From Eubacterium sp. (lineage in GTDB: Bacteria > Bacillota > Clostridia > Lachnospirales > Lachnospiraceae), in contig JAXEJU010000045.1 of the NCBI GenBank assembly GCA_034101395.1, positions 1,378 through 65,377 of the forward strand: a stretch of DNA of 64,000 nucleotides, in the 5' to 3' direction. Made by a program: the position numbers and the translations under genes. Position 1 is the first letter of the stretch. Every line of letters starts with the position of its first letter. The notes under the pieces were generated by a model. That model was not told the DNA's origin and made no database searches. It saw only the letters and a program-made list of their open reading frames with translations. This document shows positions 10,596 to 19,620 of this stretch, piece after piece.

Positions 10596-10952
10596 GTGAA
10601 TAAACGGAAGGTGGGTGCTGAATACGAGCAACTGGCATCTGATTATCTGGTTGCCCACGAATATACGGTTGTTGAACGTAATTTAACAACACCATACGGT
10701 GAAATTGATATTATCGCAAAAAAGGGTGGAACATGGATTTTTTGTGAGGTTAAGTACCGCAGTTCGGAGTGTTTTGGCAGTCCATTGAATGCGGTGGACA
10801 TCCGTAAGCAGAAGAAAATCAGCAGGGCAGCATTATATTATTATAGTCGTCACGGATTTGTAGAGGAAACGCCGTGCCGGTTTGATGTGATTGCTGTTTA
10901 TGGAGATGGAAAAATCGAACATGTGGAGAATGCATTTTTGTTTCAGGCATAA
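10596..10952 (+). CDS. YraN family (UPF0102) PD-(D/E)XK protein
   Basis: GEIDIIA...FCEVKYR...RFDVIAV...HVENAF; GTG start at 10596. Confidence 0.92.
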   Translation: MNKRKVGAEYEQLASDYLVAHEYTVVERNLTTPYGEIDIIAKKGGTWIFCEVKYRSSECFGSPLNAVDIRKQKKISRAALYYYSRHGFVEETPCRFDVIAVYGDGKIEHVENAFLFQA

Positions 10953-10958
10953 CAGGGA

Positions 10959-10988
10959 TTGCATTTTCCTATGCCGATATGATACAAT
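10959..10988 (+). promoter_or_regulatory. SigA-type promoter for der-plsY-gpsA
   Basis: TTGCAT-N18-TACAAT with extended TG. Confidence 0.55.
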
Positions 10989-11020
10989 AAAGGTCAGACT
11001 TGAATAATACGGAGGGAATA

Positions 11021-12346
11021 ATGGCTAGACCAATACTTGCAATCGTAGGACGACCGAATGTAGGAAAGTCGACCTTATTTAATACACTGGCGGGAGAAAA
11101 AATTTCTATCGTAAAAGATTATCCGGGCGTGACTAGAGACCGGATTTATGCGGATGTTACCTGGCTGAACCATTCTTTTTCCATGATTGATACCGGTGGA
11201 ATTGAAATGGACAGTAAGGACAAGATGTTAATGCATATGCGGGAACAGGCAAATATTGCGATTGAAACGGCAGACGTAATTCTGTTTCTTGTGGATGTGC
11301 GCCAGGGACTTGTAGATGCCGATTACAAAGTGGCAGATATGCTGCGTCGTTCCGGAAAACCGATCGTACTTGTTGTAAATAAAGTGGACAACTTCGAAAA
11401 ATATATGCCGGATGTCTATGAATTTTATAATCTGGGAATTGGTGACCCACATCCGGTGTCGGCGACCTCAAAGCTTGGACTTGGGGATATGCTGGATGCC
11501 GTGCTTGAAGTGATTGACATTGATAAAATGGAAGAGGAAGAGGATGATCGTCCTAAGATAGCGATTGTCGGGAAACCAAATGCCGGCAAATCCTCATTGA
11601 TCAATAAGCTTCTTGGCGAGAACCGTGTGATTGTATCGGATGTAGCAGGAACAACACGAGATGCCATTGATACGGAAATTGTGTATAATGGTACGGAATA
11701 TGTATTTATTGACACAGCGGGACTGCGCAGAAAGAGCAAAATAAAGGAAGATATTGAGCGATACAGTATCATTCGCACCGTAGCGGCAATTGAGCGTTCG
11801 GATGTCGTGATTCTTATGATAGATGCCACAGAAGGCGTGACCGAACAGGATGCCAAAATCGCTGGAATTGCGCATGACCGGGGCAGAGGACTGATTATTG
11901 CAGTAAATAAGTGGGATGCTATCGAGAAGGACAATTCGACGGTAAAAGAATTTACCAAAAAGGTAAGAGATATTTTATCTTTCGTTCCATATGCGGAGAT
12001 TCTGTTTATTTCTGCGCTCACAGGTCAGAGGACGATGAAGATTTTTGAACATCTTGAGCGGGTAATTCAGAATCATGCCATGAGAATACAGACCGGTGTT
12101 CTCAATGAGATTCTCATGGAGGCTGTGGCGATGCAGCAGCCACCTTCTGACAAAGGGAAACGGTTAAAATTGTTTTATATAACACAAGTCAGCACAAAGC
12201 CGCCAACCTTTGTTTTGTTTGTAAACAATAAAGAACTGATGCATTTTTCATATCAGCGCTATATCGAAAACAGGATTCGGGATACATTTGGCTTTGCTGG
12301 AACGCCAATCCGTATTTTTATAAGGGAAAGAAAAGAAAAGGAGTAG
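11021..12346 (+). CDS. der: Ribosome biogenesis GTPase Der
   Basis: Two G domains ([16 protein letters not shown]; DTGG, DTAG; NKVD, NKWD). Confidence 0.98.
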   Translation: MARPILAIVGRPNVGKSTLFNTLAGEKISIVKDYPGVTRDRIYADVTWLNHSFSMIDTGGIEMDSKDKMLMHMREQANIAIETADVILFLVDVRQGLVDADYKVADMLRRSGKPIVLVVNKVDNFEKYMPDVYEFYNLGIGDPHPVSATSKLGLGDMLDAVLEVIDIDKMEEEEDDRPKIAIVGKPNAGKSSLINKLLGENRVIVSDVAGTTRDAIDTEIVYNGTEYVFIDTAGLRRKSKIKEDIERYSIIRTVAAIERSDVVILMIDATEGVTEQDAKIAGIAHDRGRGLIIAVNKWDAIEKDNSTVKEFTKKVRDILSFVPYAEILFISALTGQRTMKIFEHLERVIQNHAMRIQTGVLNEILMEAVAMQQPPSDKGKRLKLFYITQVSTKPPTFVLFVNNKELMHFSYQRYIENRIRDTFGFAGTPIRIFIRERKEKE

Positions 12347-12352
12347 AGGAAA

Positions 12353-13045
12353 ATGATAACAGGCAGTGAGATTTTATTAGCGATTGCATATCTTTTGTTA
12401 TTATTGGTTATAGGATATGGATTTGGCTGCTTTTCTACCGGCTATGTTGTCGGGAAAATGAGTGGCCACGATATCCGTGAAGAGGGAAGTGGAAATATCG
12501 GGACGACCAATGCTCTCCGCACCATGGGGGCAAAAGGAGGAGCGCTGACATTTGGTGGAGACCTATTAAAAGCACTTATCCCAACGCTTGTCATCCGTTT
12601 TTTTTGTAGCAGGCATCTCGGAATGGTACCGGATCTTACATATCTTCTGACTTTGATTGTGGGACTTGGTGTTGTAGCAGGTCATAATTTTCCGTTTTAT
12701 CTTCGATTCAAAGGTGGAAAGGGAATTGCAGTTTCCGCTGCGGTTATACTTGCCTCTGCAACGAACTCCGTCAGGGGATGGATAATGATTGGAATATTTT
12801 TGCTGCTTTTTATCGGAATAGTAGCTGTTACAAGGTATGTTTCACTGGGTTCTCTGGTTGTGGTATGGTTTTTCCCGATTTATTCCATTCTTCAGTACAG
12901 AGATAGTAAGATGTTTCCACTCATATTGATAGTATCGCTGGTTTTCACAGCCCTTGCCTATATCAAGCACGCAGGAAATATCAAGCGTCTGCTCAGTGGA
13001 ACAGAGCGGAAAATAGGTGAAAAAAAGAAGGATGAAAATCAGTAA
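12353..13045 (+). CDS. plsY: Glycerol-3-phosphate acyltransferase PlsY
   Basis: GSGNIGTTN, GHNFP..FKGGKG, HAGNIKRL; synteny with der and gpsA. Confidence 0.95.
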   Translation: MITGSEILLAIAYLLLLLVIGYGFGCFSTGYVVGKMSGHDIREEGSGNIGTTNALRTMGAKGGALTFGGDLLKALIPTLVIRFFCSRHLGMVPDLTYLLTLIVGLGVVAGHNFPFYLRFKGGKGIAVSAAVILASATNSVRGWIMIGIFLLLFIGIVAVTRYVSLGSLVVVWFFPIYSILQYRDSKMFPLILIVSLVFTALAYIKHAGNIKRLLSGTERKIGEKKKDENQ

Positions 13046-13072
13046 GAAACAAACCGGAAGGAGAACAATAAA

Positions 13073-14080
13073 ATGAAAAATATAAGCTTTTTAGGTGCAG
13101 GAAGCTGGGGGACAGCACTTGCCATATTATGTGCAAATAATGGACATAAGGTCACTTTGTGGTCAAAAGTTCAGTCAGAAATTGAAATGCTCCGGGAAAA
13201 GCGTGAACATGTAGACCGTCTCCCGGGAGTTAAGCTACCGGATTCCATTGAGATTGAAGATAATCTGGAAAAGGCATGTACAGACAAGGATATTATTGTC
13301 TGTTCTGTTGCGTCTCCTTTTGTGCGCTCAACGGCGCGGGAGGCAAAACCGTTTATCCGGGAAAATCAGATTATAGTAAATGTGGGAAAGGGAATTGAAG
13401 ATTCAACGCTTATGACACTTTGCGAAATACTGGAGGATGAGCTGCCGATGGCCGATGTCGCTGTATTGTCCGGTCCGAGTCATGCAGAAGAGGTCTCTAA
13501 GGGAGTTCCTACTACAGTTGTAGTAGGGGCGAAAAGTAAAAAAACAGCCCTTTTTGTGCAGGATGTGTTTATGGGGGATCGTTTCCGTGTTTACACCAGT
13601 CCGGATATGATTGGCATTGAGCTGGGCGGTGCACTTAAAAATGTAATAGCACTCGCTGCCGGAATTCTCGATGGTATGGGGCTTGGTGACAACACAAAAG
13701 CGGCTCTTATGACGCGTGGAATCGCTGAGATTTCCCGTCTTGGTATTGAATTGGGCGGAAAGATGGAAACTTTCTGCGGACTTTCGGGAATTGGTGATTT
13801 GATTGTAACCTGTACAAGCACCCATAGCCGGAATCACAACTGTGGTTATCTTCTTGGAAAGGGAAAAACTCTTGAAGAAGCAAAAGAGGAAATCAAGCAG
13901 GTAATCGAGGGTGTGAACTGCGCAAAGGCTGCGATGGCTCTTGCCAATAAACATCATGTTACCATGCCGATTGTGGAACAGATAAATGCTATTCTGTTTG
14001 AAAATAAGACAGCAGAACAGGCGGTTAAAGATCTTCTTGTGAGGGATAAGGTCAGTGAATATAAGACACTGACATGGTAA
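13073..14080 (+). CDS. gpsA: NAD(P)H-dependent glycerol-3-phosphate dehydrogenase
   Basis: GAGSWG, SGPSHAEEV, LKNVIA, GDLIVTC.S.HSRN. Confidence 0.97.
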   Translation: MKNISFLGAGSWGTALAILCANNGHKVTLWSKVQSEIEMLREKREHVDRLPGVKLPDSIEIEDNLEKACTDKDIIVCSVASPFVRSTAREAKPFIRENQIIVNVGKGIEDSTLMTLCEILEDELPMADVAVLSGPSHAEEVSKGVPTTVVVGAKSKKTALFVQDVFMGDRFRVYTSPDMIGIELGGALKNVIALAAGILDGMGLGDNTKAALMTRGIAEISRLGIELGGKMETFCGLSGIGDLIVTCTSTHSRNHNCGYLLGKGKTLEEAKEEIKQVIEGVNCAKAAMALANKHHVTMPIVEQINAILFENKTAEQAVKDLLVRDKVSEYKTLTW

Positions 14081-14102
14081 AGATAAAATATATCACATGT
14101 AA

Positions 14103-14131
14103 TTGACAAAGAAAAATGAATATATTATAAT
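14103..14131 (+). promoter_or_regulatory. Consensus SigA promoter upstream of the Rpn gene
   Basis: TTGACA-N17-TATAAT; a second candidate TTGACA-N18-TACACT at 14179-14208. Confidence 0.8.
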
Positions 14132-14371
14132 AGTCATGAAAAGAGTTGAAAAGCGCGTAAAAAGGCGCAAAACAATTCTTGACATGGCTATTTTTTGTGT
14201 GCTACACTTGTGATGTCAAAAGAAATTTCTTTTTTTATTTTTCTGGAATATCACAAAATCATTTTAGTTCCAGCGTGAGATGAAATCACTTACACAAGTG
14301 CAGCAGATGGCAGAGTCAGGGAAAACATACTTAACTGACAGTTCTCCGTTTGTTGTAATAAGAGGGGAGAA

Positions 14372-15256
14372 ATGCCTATGGAAAAAAAGAAACTACAGGA
14401 ATTGAACCTGATGGATGATTTTCTGATGAATCGGATTGTATCCGATCCGGAGTGCGGGAATGCATTTGCTCAATTTATATTACGCACCATTTTGGGAAGA
14501 GATATGGGTAAGCTACTGGTAATTCCGCAGAAAGTTGAGTATGGAGAGGATACCGATAAGCACGGCATCCGTATGGATGTGTATATGGATGAGGATGAGG
14601 CAGATATTTTTGATCTCGAGGTGGATCAGACAAGGGATATTCTTGAAAGAGCTTCTCTGCCTAAGCGCGTACGGTTTTATCATGCTAAAGTGGATGTTGG
14701 GATATTAGCCAGTGGCGCCGGGTATGACAAATTGCGGGATGTCTGTGTGATATTTATCGTAAATTATGATCCGTTTGGACTAAACCGGATGGTGTATACG
14801 GTAAAGAATTTCTGTAAAGAAGAACCGGATATGCTCTATGAGGATGGGGCAACAACCATTTTTCTATATACGAAGGGAACGACTGGAAATCCACCGAAGG
14901 AATTGCAGCAGCTTCTCCACTATATGGAAGAAACAACTGAAGCTAATGCAAATAATGAAGAATTACAGAAAGTACATAAAATGGTACAAAGAGTGAAAAA
15001 GAAAAAAGAAACGGAGTTGGCCTATATGGAATTATATGAAATTGTGAGGAGAGAGAAGCGAATTGCAGCGCGCAAGGGAAAAGCGAAAGGAAAAGCAGAA
15101 GATGTTCTGTTACTTTTAGAGGAAGCCGGTTCTATTCCTGATGAGCTTCGAGAATACATCATGGCAGAGAGTGATGAGGAAACGCTCAAGCAGTGGTTAA
15201 AGGCTGCTGCTGTCGCAGATAGTATTGAAACATTTCGGGGAGCGGTATCCATTTAA
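14372..15256 (+). CDS. Rpn family / PD-(D/E)XK nuclease-domain protein
   Basis: LMDDFLM, GIRMDVY, FDLEVDQ, KRVRFY...D, VIFIVNYDPFG; C-terminal DEETLKQWLKAA helical domain. Confidence 0.88.
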   Translation: MPMEKKKLQELNLMDDFLMNRIVSDPECGNAFAQFILRTILGRDMGKLLVIPQKVEYGEDTDKHGIRMDVYMDEDEADIFDLEVDQTRDILERASLPKRVRFYHAKVDVGILASGAGYDKLRDVCVIFIVNYDPFGLNRMVYTVKNFCKEEPDMLYEDGATTIFLYTKGTTGNPPKELQQLLHYMEETTEANANNEELQKVHKMVQRVKKKKETELAYMELYEIVRREKRIAARKGKAKGKAEDVLLLLEEAGSIPDELREYIMAESDEETLKQWLKAAAVADSIETFRGAVSI

Positions 15257-15278
15257 TACTGAAATAGAATTGCCCACG

Positions 15279-15364
15279 ATGATTTGACACAAACCCTAAA
15301 AAACATGATTTGACACAAACCCTAAAAAACATGATTTGACACAAACCCTAAAAAACATTTGACA
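15279..15364. repeat. Perfect tandem repeat, 3 x 26 bp (ATGATTTGACACAAACCCTAAAAAAC), plus a partial fourth ATTTGACA
   Basis: Identical units at 15279, 15305 and 15331 with no spacers. Confidence 0.97.
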
Positions 15365-15387
15365 TTTTTTTAAAAAGTGAGTATACT
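15359..15387 (+). promoter_or_regulatory. SigA promoter of the trp operon
   Basis: TTGACA-N17-TATACT. Confidence 0.8.
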
Positions 15388-15399
15388 ATTTAACAAATA

Positions 15400-15707
15400 A
15401 AACCGTTGACCGAGAGTAGTAGGTGCAGAGGATACTTTCAGAGAGCTGCCGGCTGGTGTGAGGCAGTAGTTGAATTGCAGTGAATGGACTCGGGAGGGCA
15501 GCTTGAAATTATATATGACAGCATGGAAAGATAACATGGAATTTGCTGTGATAAGAGTAGACGCTGACGGAAACCTGAACCGTTATCATTAGGAATGCAT
15601 GATAGTGCATATTGAGTGGATTACCTTGTAATCAATAGGGGTGGCACCGCAGGAGATATATAGCTCTTGTCCCTTTCCGGAAGACGGGAAGAGACAGGAG
15701 CTTTTTT
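15400..15707 (+). ncRNA. Trp-specific T-box riboswitch with intrinsic terminator
   Basis: AGAGAG box at 15440, GGTGTGA at 15455, specifier GAA-TGG (TGG 15485-15487), T-box GGGGTGGCACCGC at 15638-15650, terminator 15662-15707 with U-tract. Confidence 0.93.
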
Positions 15708-15758
15708 GATTGTTTGCTCCACAGCTCAAGAGGCACCAAAAGAAATGGAGGGAAATAA

Positions 15759-17225
15759 ATGTCAACACCAGATGTTGAAAATGTAAAAGCATTGGCAGAT
15801 CAGTTTGATATTGTGCCTGTGCAGGAAGAAATTTATGCCGACGTTGTAACTCCTATTTTGCTACTTCGCAAAATAGCAAAGAGTAAAAAAAATTATTTTT
15901 TGCTTGAAAGTGTGGAAGGTGGAGAAAAATGGGGACGATATTCTTTTTTGGGATATGATCCTGTGATGCGGGTTACCGGTAAAGAAAAGGAAGTTGTAAT
16001 TGAAGAAAAGGGAAAAAAGAAAACGATTGAGACGGAAGATGCCCTGCAGGTTCTGAGAGATATTCTGTCAGAGTATAAAGCTCCTAAGGTTGAAGGAATG
16101 CCACCTTTTGCCGGTGGATTTGTAGGATATTTCGCCTATGCACTCATTGCACATGCGGAACCCAAATTATCCATTAAAAGAGGTGAATTTGCTGACTTTG
16201 ATCTGATGCTTTTTGATAAAGTAATTGCTTACGATCATTTGAAGCAAAAGATTGTCATTGTTGTAAATGTGCGGACCGATGGAGATATAGAGGCAAACTA
16301 TGCCAAGGCAAAAGCAGATATAAAAGGAATTATTTCACTGATCCGAGACAATTCACCATTACCGGAGGAACCGGTATACGATAAGGTCAATTTTACCTGT
16401 AATGTAACAAAGGAAGAATATACAGAAATTGTAGAAAAGACAAGAGAATATATTTTTGACGGAGATATTTTTCAGGCAGTGCTTTCCAGACGATTTGTCA
16501 GTGATTATGAGGGCAGTCTTATTAATCCATACCGGGTACTTCGCACAACAAATCCGTCTCCTTACATGGTTTACATGAATATGGATGATGTGGAAATCAT
16601 GAGTACTTCTCCGGAAACTCTCGTACGCCTTCAGGATGGAAGATTAGTTACATTCCCGGTTGCCGGTTCGAGACCGAGAGGAAAAGATGAGGAAGAAGAC
16701 AATGCGCTTGTAGAGGATTTGATGGCAGATGCCAAAGAACTTTCCGAGCACAATATGTTAGTGGATCTTGGCCGAAATGATTTGGGACGTATTTCAAAAT
16801 TTGGGTCAGTAGAAGTGACAAAATATCAGATGATTCATAAATACTCAAAAATCATGCATATCTGTTCGCAGGTAGAGAGCGATATAAGCGATGACAAAGA
16901 TGCGATTGATGCGATTAAATCAGTTCTGCCGGCAGGGACACTTTCCGGTGCACCGAAAATCCGCGCCTGTGAGATTATCGATGAATTGGAATCAGAGCCA
17001 AGAGGAATTTATGGCGGTGCTTTGGGATATATCGATTTCGGCGGAAATATGGATACCTGTATTGCCATCCGTATGGCGGTGAAAAAAAATAATAAAGTAT
17101 ATGTGCAGGCCGGCGGTGGTCTTGTTGCTGACAGCAAGCCGGAGATGGAGTATCAGGAATCTGCGAATAAGGCAAAAGCGGTGATGCTGGCGATAGAGAA
17201 TGCAAAGGAGGCGGTGCAACCATGA
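15759..17225 (+). CDS. trpE: Anthranilate synthase component I
   Basis: LLES, NPSPYM, EHNMLVDLGRND, PAGTLSGAPK. Confidence 0.97.
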   Translation: MSTPDVENVKALADQFDIVPVQEEIYADVVTPILLLRKIAKSKKNYFLLESVEGGEKWGRYSFLGYDPVMRVTGKEKEVVIEEKGKKKTIETEDALQVLRDILSEYKAPKVEGMPPFAGGFVGYFAYALIAHAEPKLSIKRGEFADFDLMLFDKVIAYDHLKQKIVIVVNVRTDGDIEANYAKAKADIKGIISLIRDNSPLPEEPVYDKVNFTCNVTKEEYTEIVEKTREYIFDGDIFQAVLSRRFVSDYEGSLINPYRVLRTTNPSPYMVYMNMDDVEIMSTSPETLVRLQDGRLVTFPVAGSRPRGKDEEEDNALVEDLMADAKELSEHNMLVDLGRNDLGRISKFGSVEVTKYQMIHKYSKIMHICSQVESDISDDKDAIDAIKSVLPAGTLSGAPKIRACEIIDELESEPRGIYGGALGYIDFGGNMDTCIAIRMAVKKNNKVYVQAGGGLVADSKPEMEYQESANKAKAVMLAIENAKEAVQP

Positions 17226-17791
17226 TTTTGCTGATTGATAATTACGACAGTTTTTCATACAATCTGGTGCAGTTGTTCGGAACATTAAATCCCGATATCC
17301 GGGTTATACGAAATGATGAACTGACAGTAGAAGAAGTAGAGGCGCTGAGCCCATCCCATATTATTTTGTCACCGGGACCGGGATATCCAAAGAATGCCGG
17401 AATCTGTGAAGATGTCGTGAGAAAATTACAGGGGAAAATACCAATTCTCGGGGTGTGTCTGGGACATCAGGGTATCTGTGAAGTGTATGGAGCTACGATT
17501 AGCCACGCAAAACAGTTGATGCACGGTAAGCAGAGTACAGTGACGATAGATACGGAAAAAGCAATCTTTCAGGGACTTGAAAAGCGTCTTCCTGTTGCGA
17601 GATATCACTCGCTGATTGCTGATTATGATACAATGCCGGAAGAACTGGAAGTCATTGCTGTCGATGACAATAAAGAGGTGATGGCGGTTAAACATCGCAA
17701 ATATGACGTATACGGCTTACAGTTTCATCCGGAATCTATTCTGACGCCGGATGGAAAGAAAATGATACAGAATTTTTTGGATATAAAATGA
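17222..17791 (+). CDS. trpG: Anthranilate synthase component II
   Basis: IDNYDSF, SPGPG, GVCLGHQ, FHPES. Confidence 0.96.
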   Translation: MILLIDNYDSFSYNLVQLFGTLNPDIRVIRNDELTVEEVEALSPSHIILSPGPGYPKNAGICEDVVRKLQGKIPILGVCLGHQGICEVYGATISHAKQLMHGKQSTVTIDTEKAIFQGLEKRLPVARYHSLIADYDTMPEELEVIAVDDNKEVMAVKHRKYDVYGLQFHPESILTPDGKKMIQNFLDIK

Positions 17792-17810
17792 GATGAAAGG
17801 TGGAATTTAA

Positions 17811-18818
17811 ATGATTCAGGAAGCAATTCATGATGTGATTAATAACAAGGATTTATCTTATGACAAAGCCCTTGGAACAATGAAAGAAATTATGACAGGA
17901 GAGGCAAGTCAGATTCAGATGGCAACATTTCTTACGGCTCTCCGGATGAAAGGAGAAAGTATAACAGAAATCACTGCCTGTGCAGAGGGAATGCGTAGCG
18001 TGGGAACGCATCTGGAACCGGGAAAAGAAGTTCTTGAAATAGTAGGAACCGGTGGCGACGAAGTGGGAACTTTCAATATCTCCACAACCGCAGCATTTGT
18101 TATTGCTGCAGCGGGTGTGCCGGTTGCTAAACATGGGAACCGGAGTGTGTCCAGTAAAAGTGGAGCGGCAGATGTTCTGGAAAAGCTAGGTGTGAATCTG
18201 ACTTTAGACGTTGATCAGGCAAAGAAAGTACTGGATGACACGAATATGGTATTTTTGTTTGCACAGAAATATCACACAGCGATGAAAAATGTGGGACCGG
18301 TTCGCGCAGCAATGAAAGAGAGAACCATATTTAATATCCTTGGACCACTGACTAATCCTGCCGGGGCAACCCGTCAGCTTCTGGGAGTTTACCGGGTGGA
18401 TTTGGTGGAAAAACTTGCAGAAGTTCTTCGTAATCTGGGGGTAAAGCGCGGACTTTCCGTGTGCGGTTCGGACGGTCTGGATGAAATTACCGTGACAGGA
18501 CCGACCCACTGCTGTGAAATACGGGATGATAAACTTACTTCATATGATATTTCACCGGAACAGTTTGGATTAAAGACCTGTGAGTTAAAGGACATTGTGG
18601 GCGGGACACCGGAGGAAAATGCACAGATTACAAAAGATATATTGTCCGGTAAACAGCAGGGTGCAAAACGCGATATCATTCTTATGAATGCGGGTATGGC
18701 AATCTATTTGGGACGTGATGATATCAGTAAAGAGGATGCGGTTAAACTTGCTGCTGATATCATCGACAGTGGAAAGGCATATCAGAAAATGGAGCAATTT
18801 GTAAAGGCGTGCCAGTGA
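17811..18818 (+). CDS. trpD: Anthranilate phosphoribosyltransferase
   Basis: GTGGD, NISTT, KHGNRSVSSKSGAAD. Confidence 0.97.
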   Translation: MIQEAIHDVINNKDLSYDKALGTMKEIMTGEASQIQMATFLTALRMKGESITEITACAEGMRSVGTHLEPGKEVLEIVGTGGDEVGTFNISTTAAFVIAAAGVPVAKHGNRSVSSKSGAADVLEKLGVNLTLDVDQAKKVLDDTNMVFLFAQKYHTAMKNVGPVRAAMKERTIFNILGPLTNPAGATRQLLGVYRVDLVEKLAEVLRNLGVKRGLSVCGSDGLDEITVTGPTHCCEIRDDKLTSYDISPEQFGLKTCELKDIVGGTPEENAQITKDILSGKQQGAKRDIILMNAGMAIYLGRDDISKEDAVKLAADIIDSGKAYQKMEQFVKACQ

Positions 18819-18834
18819 GACAGGAGAGGAAAGT

Positions 18835-19617
18835 ATGATTTTAGATGAAATAGCCGCAAAAACCAGGATTCGTGTAGAAGAGGCAAAAAAGCGCATATCA
18901 CCGGATGAAATAAAAAGAAAAGCAGAGGAAATGGATGCAGAGACAGGATTTCCTTTTGAGGAAGAATTAAAGAGGGCTGGAGTTTCCTTTATCTGTGAGG
19001 TAAAAAAAGCATCCCCGTCGAAGGGGGTGATTGCACCGGAATTTGATTATCTGGGAATTGCAAAAGAGTATGAACAGGCAGGGGCAGGGGCAATTTCTGT
19101 GCTCACGGAACCGGAATATTTTCTTGGAAATCTGGATTATCTGCGGGAGATTGCCGATGAGATAAAACAGGTGCCACTTCTTCGGAAAGATTTTATGGTC
19201 GATGAGTATATGATTTACGAAGCCAAAATAGCAGGGGCCAGTGTGGTGCTTTTGATCTGTGCGCTGCTTGATGAAGAAACTCTAAGACGGTATATAGAAA
19301 TTTGTGACCGTCTTGGCTTGTCGGCACTGGTCGAAGCTCATGACGAAAAAGAAATTGCCATGGCAGTTTCTGCCGGTGCAAGGATTATTGGGGTCAATAA
19401 CCGTAATCTCAAAGATTTTACCGTGGATATCCATAATGGTATCCGTCTTCGCAAAAAAGTACCGGAAAATATTCTGTTTGTGGCAGAGAGTGGAATCCGT
19501 ACAAGAGAAGATATTGTGGAACTCGAGCATGGAAAAGTGAATGCGGTTCTCATCGGAGAAACTCTGATGCGGAGTAATGACAAAAAAGCGATGTTAAATG
19601 AATTGAAAGGATTGTAA
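18835..19617 (+). CDS. trpC: Indole-3-glycerol phosphate synthase
   Basis: EVKKASPSKG, LRKDF, GVNNRNL, AESGI. Confidence 0.97.
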   Translation: MILDEIAAKTRIRVEEAKKRISPDEIKRKAEEMDAETGFPFEEELKRAGVSFICEVKKASPSKGVIAPEFDYLGIAKEYEQAGAGAISVLTEPEYFLGNLDYLREIADEIKQVPLLRKDFMVDEYMIYEAKIAGASVVLLICALLDEETLRRYIEICDRLGLSALVEAHDEKEIAMAVSAGARIIGVNNRNLKDFTVDIHNGIRLRKKVPENILFVAESGIRTREDIVELEHGKVNAVLIGETLMRSNDKKAMLNELKGL

Positions 19618-19620
19618 AAA

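Noticed and set aside
9466-10952. rnhB, FlhB-C-like and yraN as a novel nuclease or secretion system
   Set aside because: This is a widely conserved housekeeping neighbourhood in Firmicutes
14194-14210. 17-bp identity (TTTGTGTGCTACACTTG) with 57823-57839
   Set aside because: Both are extended -10 promoter elements, so much of the match is forced by consensus; the downstream genes share no function
14372-15256. Rpn gene as an IS transposase
   Set aside because: No DDE or HUH motifs, terminal inverted repeats or target-site duplication are visible
15279-15356. Tandem repeat as a CRISPR array or telomere-like (CCCTAAA) sequence
   Set aside because: Units abut with no spacers, no cas genes are present, and the 7-mer match is expected by chance
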